NCBI GenBank assembly: GCA_043228905.1
Contig: JBHGNT010000004.1
Span: forward strand, 13,020,001-13,084,000
Direction of reading: 5' to 3'
Source of the DNA: Azolla caroliniana
Lineage: Eukaryota; Plantae; Polypodiophyta
DNA length: 64,000 bases
Numbering within the stretch: position 1 is the first letter of the stretch; every line of letters starts with the position of its first letter. The notes beneath the pieces are model-generated. The model was given only the letters and a program-made list of their open reading frames with translations. It had not been told where the DNA came from and ran no database searches. The position numbers were made by a program, and so were the translations under genes. Below, in pieces: positions 11,631 to 23,400 of the stretch.

Positions 11631-14600
11631 ATGAACAAAAGTATGGCTAGCTCGTTACCAACGGAGAAGCTCAATAGAAATAACTACGCATCTTGGTCAT
11701 ACGAGATGCACCAGTACTTGCTCAGACATGGATATTGGAGCTTTGTTGAGGGAGCGAATGAAGTAGTGTCGGAGCCAACACAGAAGGACTTCCCGACATG
11801 GGAGCATGGAGCAAGCAGAGTATTATCCTGCCTCGCGTCCTATGTGCACGATAAGATGCTCGGCTACATCAACAATGCAAAAGCGCCGACAAAAGCCTGG
11901 GAAAATCTTAAGAAGATTTTCGCGGCAAGCACCATGGCCCAAAAGTTGCAACTACGACAAGAGCTCAACAACATCCGAGAATGGGATATGTCGGTTACCA
12001 ACTATACCACCAAAATAAAAGAGATTTGCAATGCGCTGGGGTCCATCAACATGACCGTGGATGAAGACGAGATGATCCAGATTTTCCGGTTGTTTAGCGC
12101 AAAGGTACGGGCCTATCTGGATGGCGATTTTTCGACCTATAATCAATGCCGATGGTCAAAGAAAACCACGTGAGTGAGTCAAGGACCACTCAATCAAACA
12201 ATTGAATGCTGTACACAGAGGCGGCTCGTCCCCGTGGGTTTGGAAGATGAGGTGGATCAACACGCAACAGTGGCAGACGACAAGAGCAGAATCGGAGGCA
12301 TGGAGATAGTGTCGACAATAGTTTCGGACTCTCCACGAGCAGGGGGAGTCAAGGCGGTGCCAAGAACCGGCAATCGAAAACCAAAACAAAGTGCTAGTAA
12401 TGTGGCAAGAAAGGCCACAAAGAAAGCAAGTTTGGAAGAAATGAGCCGATTCAGATAAATCTGGATCCGGCAAGGGCACACAAGGGAGTCGGCAAAGTTC
12501 ACACTACTCAGAAGGATTGGAAGGATCTAGAACCGGAAAGACCGGAAAAGGGCCAGCCTTTGTGATGAAGCTCAAGGTGAACTCTATGAACAAGACCATT
12601 TCTGAATCAGAGGAAGTGTGGTACATTGACTCTGGAGCATCTAACCATATGACGAGCCACGAAGAGTGGTTCTCGTATCTGGAAAAACCGTAGCAACCGG
12701 GAGTTGTCAAAACTGGAGACGACACCCCTCACTCGATCAAACGTGTCAAAGGAGTTCCCTTAAGCCATGTCGGACAAAAAGGGAAGTTGATGAACATGTT
12801 ACATGTTCCAACAATTACGAAGAACCTGGTGTCAGTCGGACAAATCCTCAATTAGGGGATGCAAGTACGATTCACGCATCTCGGGTGCTTCATCGAGGAA
12901 GAAGGCTAGATAATCACGGAAGGATGTCGGGACATGAGGATGTTTATCATCGACACCAACGACGTTGGCACCGCTCTATTCACAAAAGGATAGAAGGTCG
13001 AATCATATATCGACCTGTGCCATAATTGGATCGCCCACGTTAATTATCAAAGGTTTTAGGACTTGCAATCGAAACAAATGGCATTCGGATTGCTGAAATT
13101 CAGTGGCCGGAAGGCCCAATTTTGTGCAGCTGGCCAGCTTGGGAAGCAACACCGACTTCCTTTCCCCAACGAGCAAAACCCGAGCTGGAACAAGCTCGAC
13201 TTGATACATTCAGATTTTGGGGACCGGCACAGAATGTTAGTCAAGATTGCGCCTCCTTCATCGACGACTACAACCGACACACATGGATCTATCTCATTGA
13301 GAAGAAAAGCAAAGTCTTAGACTATTTCTAGAACCTACAAAGTCTTGTCGAATGGGAAACAGAGAGGAAGATCAAGTGTCTGCGGTCAAATGACGGAAAA
13401 GAGTACTTTTCCGGCCAATTCAATAGCTATGTACAACATAAGGGAATTCAATGAGAATTCAATTGCAGATATACGCTGGAACAAAATGGAGTAACTGAGA
13501 GGAAGAACCGGTCAATTGTGGAAGCAGCAAGGGCGATGTTGGAATAGAAGAGTGTGCCCAAATTCTACTAGGTCGAAGCGGTTCAGACTGCAGTGTACAT
13601 CCAAAACCGAATCGGGGATAAGGTGTGAGCACACGAGTTGTATTTTGAGCAAAAGCCAAACTTATGACACCTGAGGATTTTCGACATCATTACCTATGCG
13701 CATGTGCCCGATGAGAACATGAAGTTTGACCCAAAGTTAGAGAAGTGCATATTGGTCACTACTCTCATGAGCAGAAGGGGTATAAGTGCTATAACCCTCG
13801 GCCCAAACAAGTTTGAGTAAGCCGCGATGTCAAATTCGACGAGTCGGCATCCCGATACTCTCTACCGACTCTAACTCCCAACCACTTGACTTCGGAAGAT
13901 GAGGCTAGTTAGCCCCAAATGATCCGGGTAGAAGAAGAAGAAGAGTTTGGTACTCTAGAAGAGTTTGGATCTCATTCTGATTGAGTGGGCCAAACCAACG
14001 ATTGAGTAGGAACGACCAGTCGGATGAAGAGCTGGCAAGTAGTGGAAACTTGGTTGTGCTCTCCCCACATAAGGAATTGAGGAGAAGGGGAAGAAGAAGA
14101 TGCCGGAATACGACGCCGACAGAGAAGAGTCGAATCAAAGCGAATCCGACTCCGGAAAGAACGAAGACAGACCTTTAGAAATGAAGTTCAAGTCTGCCAA
14201 AAGGGCCCTTAAATCGGCTAACAAGAAATTATGTTGATCGACCCGCCAGAAGAACCCTGTGAAGTGGTTTGGTTATAACGAGTAGCGAGCGCATCACTAT
14301 ACATACATGACAAAAGTGGCGAAAGTGCATGAGCCAGAGAGCTACGCAGAAGTGGCAAAAGACGCAAACTAGCGTGCCGCCATGGAGGAAGAAATGTTGG
14401 CACTGATGCCAACGACACATGGGACCTGGTTGACCCTCCCCAACATTGCAAACCGATCGGCTACAAGTGGGTATACAAGGTAAAGTATAATGTCGACGAT
14501 TCGGTCAACGGTTACAAGGCCTGGTTAGCGGCAAAAGGGTATGCACAAACCCACGGAATCGAGTATGATGAGACCTTCGCTCTGATAGCGAAGATGATGA

Positions 14601-16263
14601 CGGTTTGTGTGGTGCTAGAAATTGGTGCAACAAGGGGGTGGCATCTTCGTCAGATGGACATGAAGAATGCGTTTCTTCAAGGCGATCTTGAAGAACAAGT
14701 CAAGTCTACATGATTCAGCCCCTCGGTTTTTGGTTGGAGATGAAAAAGTTGACAATGTGCTAACTCAAGAAGTCGTTCTACAGCTTGAAGCAAGCCCCCC
14801 AAGTCTGGAATTCGACGATAATGTACTGGTTGCCTAAGATGGGGTTTGCGGCCTCGAAGTCTGACTATTCGTTGTTCATCCAAAAGGGTTTGAAAGGTCC
14901 GGTATGCATTTGTTGTACGTCGACGATTCCTCAATGAAATCAGCCGAGTGAAGTCCCAGCTATCGAACGCATTCGAAATGAAGAACTTGGGGTACCTTCA
15001 TTACTTCCTTGGGATCGAAGTGATCCACACCCCCGATGACATATTGTTGTCACAACGACACTACTATGTGTTGAATATGTTGTACAAGTTCGGCATGACC
15101 GAATGCCAACAAGTCTCGACACCCCTAGACCGGAACCTAAAGTTACGTCCCGACTCCAGAGTGACCTGCAACGAGAAATGGTTCTAACAAATTCTCGAAA
15201 GCCTTATATATGTAACAATCACCCGACCTGACATCATATCCTATTGGAGAGATTAGGCAATTTATGCACAAGCCGACCATCAAGCACCTTCGGTGCGTGC
15301 ATCGACTATTGAGATCTATGAGCGGCACTAAGGATCGGGGACTGTTATACTGACACGGTATAACCGAAAAGTTAGTCAGTTATATAGATGCCGACTAGGC
15401 TAGTGATGCGTCAGATCCTCGGTTCACCTCCGGTTTTATGTTCTCTCTTGGGAGCATGGTTGTTGCGTGGAGCAACAAAAAGCAGCCGACAATGGCTCTA
15501 TCGAGGACCGAGGCTGAGTATCGAGGCACTACCGTCGCCACCTATGAACCCATCAGGATTCGGCGGTTGTTGCAAGACCTTCGGATTGAAGTACCGACTC
15601 CGATCCCAATCTACAGCGACAACATAAGCAATATGCAGCTCACTAAGAATATCGTGTTTTATGCTCACACTAAGCACGTGGAGGTGCATTATCACTTCGT
15701 GCGCAAGCAGGTCCTTAGTAGTGAAGCCAAACTTCGGTATGTTTGAATGGATCGGCAAGTTGCCGACATCTTCACCAAGGCACTCGGACCTGACAAGTTG
15801 TAGCACATTTCGGAAATGCTTTCACTTCAGCCAGTTGTAGCATCTCAATGTGACGCACATGAGGGGGAGAAAGGAGGGAACCGAAACGGGGAAAATAGGC
15901 AAAGGCATCGGACAATTAGCTAGAGAGGAGGAAAAGACCGAAATAGGGGCAGACAAGGACGAAAATGAAGTTGAGCCAACCAAAGGAGTTTGCACATCCA
16001 AACAAGTCGGAACAAGAGGCTATGGCAGTAGAGTCAAGAAGGACAGAGCTGACCAGAAGAAGAAGGCCAAGACTCGGACATGGTTTGATGTTGTGCGGGG
16101 GTTGAAGATCGAGGACGAGTTGGAAACAGCCATCTCGGTCAAGAACGGGAATGAATCTGAGACAACTGATCCGATCAGAATGTTTGATTCCAAGGAGTCA
16201 AATCAACTAAAGGCCATTCGGACGAGAAGGCAACAGAAGTCGATACCAACTCGGAGGAGCTAA
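11631..16263 (+). pseudogene. Copia C gag-pol pseudogene
   Basis: Gag (EKLNRNNYASWSY), RT and RH fragments with many stops and frameshifts. Confidence 0.9.
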
Positions 16264-17298
16264 CAGGTCGACAAACATCGACGTCATAGCAGCAAAGGAG
16301 CTGAGATGGGCCTTATAAGTAGACAAGCCGACCGAGAAGGTCGAGGTGCACGGAACTGAATGGGTCGTGGAAAGCGAGACCAGATGGGACGAGGAGCACG
16401 AGCAAGGCGTGAAGACGCTAAGAAAAGCTAACTGCAAGGATCAGCAAAGACTGACATCAAGATTTGACCTCAAGTTGAGCTTCAGGGGGAGTGTTGAGAG
16501 GAGAAGCTCAACCTAATCTAGATCAGTTGAGTAAGCCAGAGTCGGATCGATATCCGGAACAGTGTCTGGATCGGTATCCAGAACCAAGAGCCGGATCAGA
16601 GAGTCGGATTGGACTGTAACCTATAGGCCGTTAGAGGCCTACGATCCTAGCCTATTACATAGGCATATTTCTTGGAGTTAGTATCTATCGCCCAATATGA
16701 GCATTGAAGTACTTGTCAGTCCTTTAAGGACTTGTATAAAAAGTGTTCTCTAGGACATTTATATGTACGGAGTATTGAGTTCATTTTGAAATTGAGTTTG
16801 TGTTCTGGTCTCTCTGTCTAGGACATTTGTATGGACAGAGAATTGAGTTCATTTTGAACTATTGGCACTCCAAAAAGTATATAAATACATTACAGAAGTT
16901 AAGAATATGCCGAATCATCGATTACCACATCTTGCTTGGAATGTTGTATGTAAGCTACAAAAGAATCATAAAAGTAAGATTCTCTTATCCAATAGGGTTG
17001 TTGACATAAAGAAATGGTTTGGAAGATGGGGTTTGGATGATCTTGTAAAGTTTTCGGGGAATGCTATGTAGTATGTAATGATTGAGCAAAGGTTGGTGGA
17101 ATCATTAAGGCTGAAGTGGGAAGATGCTAAGAGGACAAAGCTAGAATACTACATTGCAAATGTCTAGCCTGAATGTTGGTCTCAATATAAAGCAAGAATG
17201 GCTATTGATTGTATCCAACCTTATCTCATTACCAATATGAGTAGTAATACTCATAGAGCCTTTACACTACTTCGCACTTGATCTCACAAGTTAAATAT

Positions 17299-18898
17299 GT
17301 CCGCGTTCACAAGTGGAAGGATTGTGCAATCTACTTATTGATTCCTTTTATAATCTTGCAATTTTAGGCAATTTTTAGAAACTTGATACACCAGTATCAC
17401 ATGTTTTAAATAACATGTAAAATTTGCTGATTGTTTGATATTTAACATGTTTCAAAATGACAATTTCTAAAATTGAATAGTTTTTCAATAAATGCTTAAA
17501 CGTTGATGGTCTGCAGGTATGAAATGTAGTTAACTTAAAGAAAATCACAATGGTTAACTGAAGGCACAAGTTAAGATTAATGGTTTCACCATCTTGAGGA
17601 GATTTTGGTTCCAAAAGTGGAAGTTACATCTATTGTTAGACTTGAAAATGTTTTAATTATAACAGGTAACATTGTAATCTTTAATGCCATCATCTATAAA
17701 TTTAGTGCTCATTGACATCCATAAATTCACAACTCAAGAAAATTATACAATATTCATAAACAATTTCGATAAATCCATAACTCCTAAAATGTAGACGATA
17801 TTCATAAACTATCAAAACTGCCAAACTTAGATGTAAACATTAATATATCAATTTGAACATATCACATAGTTATTAAGGTATCCACAATGCTCTCCTCTTC
17901 TTTATTTTGAGAACTCCCCTACAAAATTTGTGAAGTAAATGGCATTTGCATGGTTCAATTACCATCAACACAATTATTAATGGTTTTCTATTAATCAAGG
18001 AAGCACATGTTCACCATAAGGTATGTTGTTGTGCAACATACTTCTTTGCAGTATCGATATGCATCTTTTTCTCTTATAAAAATAGAGATTTTAGTACAAT
18101 TCGAGTTCATGTTAAAAGATGCATATCGATACTGCAAAGAAGTATGTTGCACAACAACATACCTTATGGTGAACATGTGCTTCATTGATTAACAAAATTC
18201 CATTAATAATTGTTTTGATGGTAATTGAACCTTGCAAATGTCATTTACGTGGTATATAAAATATTGATCTTCATAGTTTGGATATCATTGTGTTTGACTT
18301 TACGCTGACAAAAGTTGGATGTTTAAGGACGACAACGATAGACATAATAAAAGAGATATTACCAAGTCTAAAAGATATCTCAAATTGAAGACAAACCAGA
18401 ATTAGTCTGCACAATTTGGAGACACAATTTGGTGAAGACAATGATTTGATTGGTACATTTGAAAATGAGGAGGAAGAGTCACAATTGTATATTAACTATA
18501 GTAGTGATTCTCATGCAAGGAATGATGATAGTGATGCAAATAACTCCTAAATGTAATTTTTGTGCAATGACATGTAAAACAAATTTAGGCAACATTTTAT
18601 CGAATGAAAAATAAAAAAAGTTGACTGTTTTGAAATCTTTCGCTTATGATATTGTTAGGATCTAAAATTACATAAAACTACACAAAGTTACTTTTCGTAT
18701 TTGACCAAAATTTGGCATTTTTCGATTTTACCAAATGGTGAAAATTTTAGCTTTTTCATCAAGTTTTCGAGACCATGTGATACTAGTATCAACGTGTTTT
18801 GTGAAATGGCTAGAAAAGCCCCAAAATTAGACGGAATATTCCTTATCCTTCCATTTGTGTGTGATCCTTCCACTTGTGAACGCGAATGTGTTGTTAGG
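17299..18898. mobile_element. AT-rich non-autonomous DNA-type insertion with 21-bp asymmetric inverted repeats
   Basis: CGCGTTCACAAGTGGAAGGAT 17302-17322 and its perfect complement 18864-18884; flanked by TAT at 17296-17298 and 18899-18901; removal restores the LINE frame. Confidence 0.8.
17935..18248. repeat. Long inverted repeat (~135-bp arms, 44-bp loop)
   Basis: 18000-18069 is the perfect reverse complement of 18114-18183; the outer arms pair with several mismatches. Confidence 0.95.
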
Positions 18899-19394
18899 TA
18901 TTGAAGTTGCATCATGGTATCAAAATGTAACTAATTTGAAGACATGCAAAGTATGCAATGGAGGCATGGTAGAGGATGAATGTCACTTGCTCGACATATA
19001 GTGCAATTCGTTCAACATATGTTGACATACTAAGAGGGAGTGATAACTTAAGTGCCATACTTAAGACACCACCGAGAAGGTTGAGCTCATCTATGTATAT
19101 TTTATTCACACTTAGAGACTTTGTGCTTAAATGTATGAATTCCCCTTCTTAGGAAGGAGACAAATATCAAGGACACATGTATACTCTCGTCCCATAGGTC
19201 AAAATTGGCCTCTTTATGGACGATAAAAATTCTAATTCTAAATCTAATTTTGTGTTTCGTCAAGCTTCCATTAAACCTGCAAATATTTTTTGTTCATAAC
19301 TGGTGAAGTCAATTACGTTGACGATCTTCCGCATGCAACTCGTTACACTTCAAGACTAAGTAAATCTTAACTTGCCTACAAAGAATATTCTTCT

Positions 19395-20432
19395 TGTAAA
19401 AATACAGTGAAGAAGCTACACACATACCACAACCGGATAGCAATAGAAAACAGAAAGGCAGGTTTAATGGAAAGCTTGAGAACGATACGTGAGAGAGAGA
19501 TAGAGAGACAGAGAGAGCACATAATGTCTATTTTAAAAAATAAACTCAACACTCTCTGTACATCGAATGTGCTCAGAGAGCACTTTTATACAAGTCCTTA
19601 AAAGGACTGACACAAGTACCATCAGTACTTGAATGCTCATGAATGAGCTTTTACACTAACTCCTAAATATATTCCTTCACAGAATATCTTTCCAACGGCC
19701 TTTCGGCTCCCACCGATCTGGCCTCGTCGATCCGTCTCTATCTAATCCAGCTCCCGGCTTCTTCAGCCAATCCGGCCCTAACCGATCGGATCGGTCCGAT
19801 CTGATTCGGTTCTCGGCTTCTTCAACCAATCTGGCCCAAGTTAAGCTTGCTCGCTCAAACTCCCCCTCAAGCTCAACTTGAGGTTCCCCTTGAGTTAGTG
19901 CCCGACTCTTTCTAGCATCTCCACGCCTTGCACGCGCTCCCCGTCCAGTCCGGTTCTGCGTTCCTTGACCCCTCTAGTTGGGTTGTCTACTCTAAGGCCC
20001 TTCTTAGCTCCCTTGTTGTCGTGAATTTGGAGCTCATTGACCCATTGAATCCTTCATTTCAGTGTCAGCTTCAGTTGCCTCATTGTCCACTTGGTGGCCA
20101 TCACTTGATTCGACTAATCCGAATCGAACCATTCTACCGAATCGGCAGTCTTCGATTCGTCATCTGTCTTCTAGCCTTTGACCACATCCGACCATGTTTT
20201 GGTCTTGGCCTCCCCACCCTTCTTGGCTTTACCTCCCCGTTATTCGGTTGTCTCTGGTTTGGGCTCGTTCCTTTGCTTGCTCCCCCCGTATCCATCTTCG
20301 ACTTCTTCAACTGAACTGAAATCGAACTCTTCATCTGATTCGGTTTTCCGATATCTTCCCCTCCTTTCGCTATTTCTACCCCTCAAGTTTAGCACGTTGA
20401 GGTGCTGCAAACCAAGCACATTAGAGAACACG
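19395..20432 (-). mobile_element. Truncated Copia D (A/C family): end of pol, 3' extension, PPT and 3' LTR (19395-19859)
   Basis: Minus strand VLGLQHLNVLNLRGR and KTWSDVVKGL; PPT complement ctccccctcaa 19860-19870; LTR homologous to those of A and C. Confidence 0.85.
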
Positions 20433-20461
20433 TCGACACAGAGGGTCAATTGTTTGAACAG

Positions 20462-20491
20462 ATTATTATTATTATTATTATTATTATTATT
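20462..20491 (+). repeat. (ATT)n microsatellite in the J1 LTR
   Basis: About ten ATT units. Confidence 0.9.
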
Positions 20492-23400
20492 GTAATCATA
20501 ATAATCAATTATATGTAGTAATGGCTACAATTGTAAATAATATATACGATGTATCAGTTGATATACATCTAGGGCAAAACAGACAAAAGTGCGAGGTGTG
20601 AGAAAGAGAGAGAGAGAGAGAGAGCGCGGCACTATAGCTATGTGCGTAACAACAGACGCTAAGAACCCAGTGTGGTTGATACACTCATAATCAGAGTGTT
20701 GTAATCTCTGTCCTTAACATCCACTGTATAGTGAAGTTTTTTCTCTCCCGTGGTTTTCTCCCGTTTTAGGGTTTCCACGTAAATATCTGTGTATTGTGTC
20801 GTTGTGTGGCTGTGTTGTGTATTTTTAGTATCGTTTGGTCTTGTGGTTTTACGAATCGATTCTCAACAAACTGGTATCAGAGCTTGAGGTGCAAGCATGG
20901 AATGAGGTGTGAGCGGCTTCCAAGGCATGATAGTTCTAAACTCTCAAAACTATGCAGACTAGATGATAAAGATGGAGGACCTTCTCATAGTCAAAGACTT
21001 GTACGAGCTAGTCGACAGAGTAGATATATCCAGGGGGGTATTGGAGTAAGATTGGAAACTTCTTAATAGAAAGGCGGTGGCCACCATCCGACAATGCGTC
21101 GACGTAAGTGTCTTGCAACATGTAGCGAATGACACAAATGCACACGAGATGTGGCAGAAGCTGTCGGGTCTATATGAGAGGAAGAACATGCTCAATACAA
21201 CCTCACTGATGAGAAAGATCGTACGGCTGAAATACAGGGATGGTGAGAGCATCGTCGAACACATCAGCACATTCATGGGGTATGTGAATCAACTTGTTGC
21301 AACCAAGTTTCCCTTGGATGATGCGATGCAGGCCATCCTGCTGATGTGCACACTACCAGATAGTTGGGAGAACCTGGTGGTCACTCTCAGCACCTCTTGT
21401 CAAGAAGAGAACTTTGTCTTTAAAACCGTAAAGACAAGTATCCTAAAGGAGGAGGCAAGGAGGAAGGACAAGGAAGTCCTGTCCTAGTCAGAGTTGAATG
21501 GAACACAACATTCGGACAGAGGAAGGAACCGGCAAAGAGGTCCACCAAGGAGAGAAATGTCCCAAGCCAGATCGAGGTCCAGAGGTAAGCTAGTGTGCTT
21601 TTACTGTGGTAAACCTGGACACTTCTAGAAGGACTGCCGACACATGAGAAAAGACAAGGGTGTTGGAAACAATGTCGAACCAAGGAAGATTCCTAATGAG
21701 AAGAACATTTCGGTCATTGCTACGAGCAATGAAGAACTGTTGTTCCTCTGTGAACATATAAGTGCAAATCTTGCAAGTAAAGAATGCACTTGGGTGATCG
21801 ATTCCGGGGAATCGTTCCACATAACTCCATCGAGAGAGTATTTCTCGACTTACATAGCCGGAGATCACGGTTATGTGAAAATGGGTATTAGTGGAGAGTG
21901 CAAGATAGCCGGAGTCGGAAGTGTCTGCTTGATGACGTCGACAGGGTGTTGACTGACTCTAAAGTGTTGGGAATATATCCCTCCAGTGGGAGGTTGATCC
22001 GACTGTTCGAAAAGCTGACAGTTGAAGAGTCGAAAAACAGGAGCTGAGTTGATGAGGAACTATCGGCCTATCGGCCTCGGCCGAAACCGAAATTGTGTAA
22101 ATAGCCAACTCAGGAGACTATATTTGTAAATAGTCTAAGTGTGCGCCCCATGAGGGCTACGTATGTAAATAGCTAGAAACGTTGTGTAGGTATATATGCA
22201 ACTAGGGAAAACTTTATGTGTGACGAATAGTGTAGAAACTGGTTGCAAGAGAGCGTGAGAGAGAGAGTGTGTGTGAGCCACGCCATAGCTGTGTGCGTAA
22301 CAACTGGCGCGAAGAGCCCTGTGCGGCTGAAGCACTCATGAGAGAGTGTTGTATCATCTCTGTATTGTATATCCACTATTCGTATAGTGAAGAATCTGTT
22401 CACCCTTGGTTTTCCTCGCTTTAGGGTTCCCACATAAATCTTTGTGCACCATCCATTTAACTTGTCTTTCTGGTGCATTCTTGTGATTCATATTTCCGCG
22501 CGTAGTTTGTCTGATTATTGTGATTAATTCCACAACGATTTCTCAACATATTGGTATCAAAGCTTGAGGTGCAAGCATGGAAGGAGGTGTGAGCGGTTTC
22601 CCAGGAATGATAGTTCTCAAGTCATAGAACTATGCAGACTGAAAGATCAAGATGGAGGACCTTGTCATAGTTAAAGACCTGTACGAGCCAGTTGACACAA
22701 CAGAAATACCCAAGGGGGTATTGGAGTCCGACTGGAAGCTTCTGAATAGGAAGGCGGTGGCCACAATCCGACAATGTGTCGATGTAAGTGTCCTTCAGCA
22801 TGTGGCGAATGACACGAATGCCCACGAGATGTGCCAGAAGCTATCAGGTCTGTACGAGAGTAAGAACGCGCTAAACAGAACCTCGCTAATGAGAAAAATA
22901 TCATACGGCTGAAATACAGAGACGGTGAGAGCATCTCGAACACATCAGCATGTTCATGGGGTATGTAAATCAACTTGCGGTGACCAAGTCAAGGAGGAAA
23001 GACAAAGGAGTCTTGTCCCAACTAGAGTCGAATCTGACCCAACAGATGGACAAAGGAAGAGATCGGTGAAGAAGAAGTCCGCAGCGAACGTACAAATCCC
23101 ACGCCAGATTGAAGTCCAGAGGTAAACCTGTGTGCTTCTATTGCGGAAACTCGGGACACTTCCAGAAGGACTGCTGACACATGAAGAAAGACAAGAGTGT
23201 CGGAAACAATGTCAAACCCCGGAAGATTCCGGATGAAAAGAACATGCCGGCCATTGCTACGAGCAATGAGGAACTTCTATTCATATGTGAACAGACAAGT
23301 GCAAATCTTGCAAGCGAAGAGTGCACTTGGGTGATTGATTCCGGCACATCCTTCCATATTACTCCGTCGAGAGTGTATTTCTCGACTTACATAGCCAGGG

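Larger units (their letters stand above)
16859..19248 (+). mobile_element. 5'-truncated non-LTR retrotransposon (RTEX-like LINE) in the 3' LTR of C, split by a 1.6-kb insertion
   Basis: Joined frame reads MPNHRLPHLAW...LLRT*SHKLN|IEVASW...CKVCNGGMVEDECHLL...YSAIR, a typical LINE ORF2 C-terminal zinc-finger region; short-repeat tail TTCTAA/ATCTAA. Confidence 0.8.
10986..19347 (+). mobile_element. Ty1/Copia element C (same family as A), full length, degenerate
   Basis: TSD CTTCA 10981-10985 and 19348-19352; 5' LTR 10986-11529; PBS 11530-11541; PPT to 16491; 3' LTR 16492-19347 split by a LINE; gag/INT/RT/RH fragments. Confidence 0.95.

Noticed and set aside
17991-18192. Two similar small proteins (MFTIRYVVVQHTSLQYRYASF) on opposite strands
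   Set aside because: Artefact of the inverted repeat.
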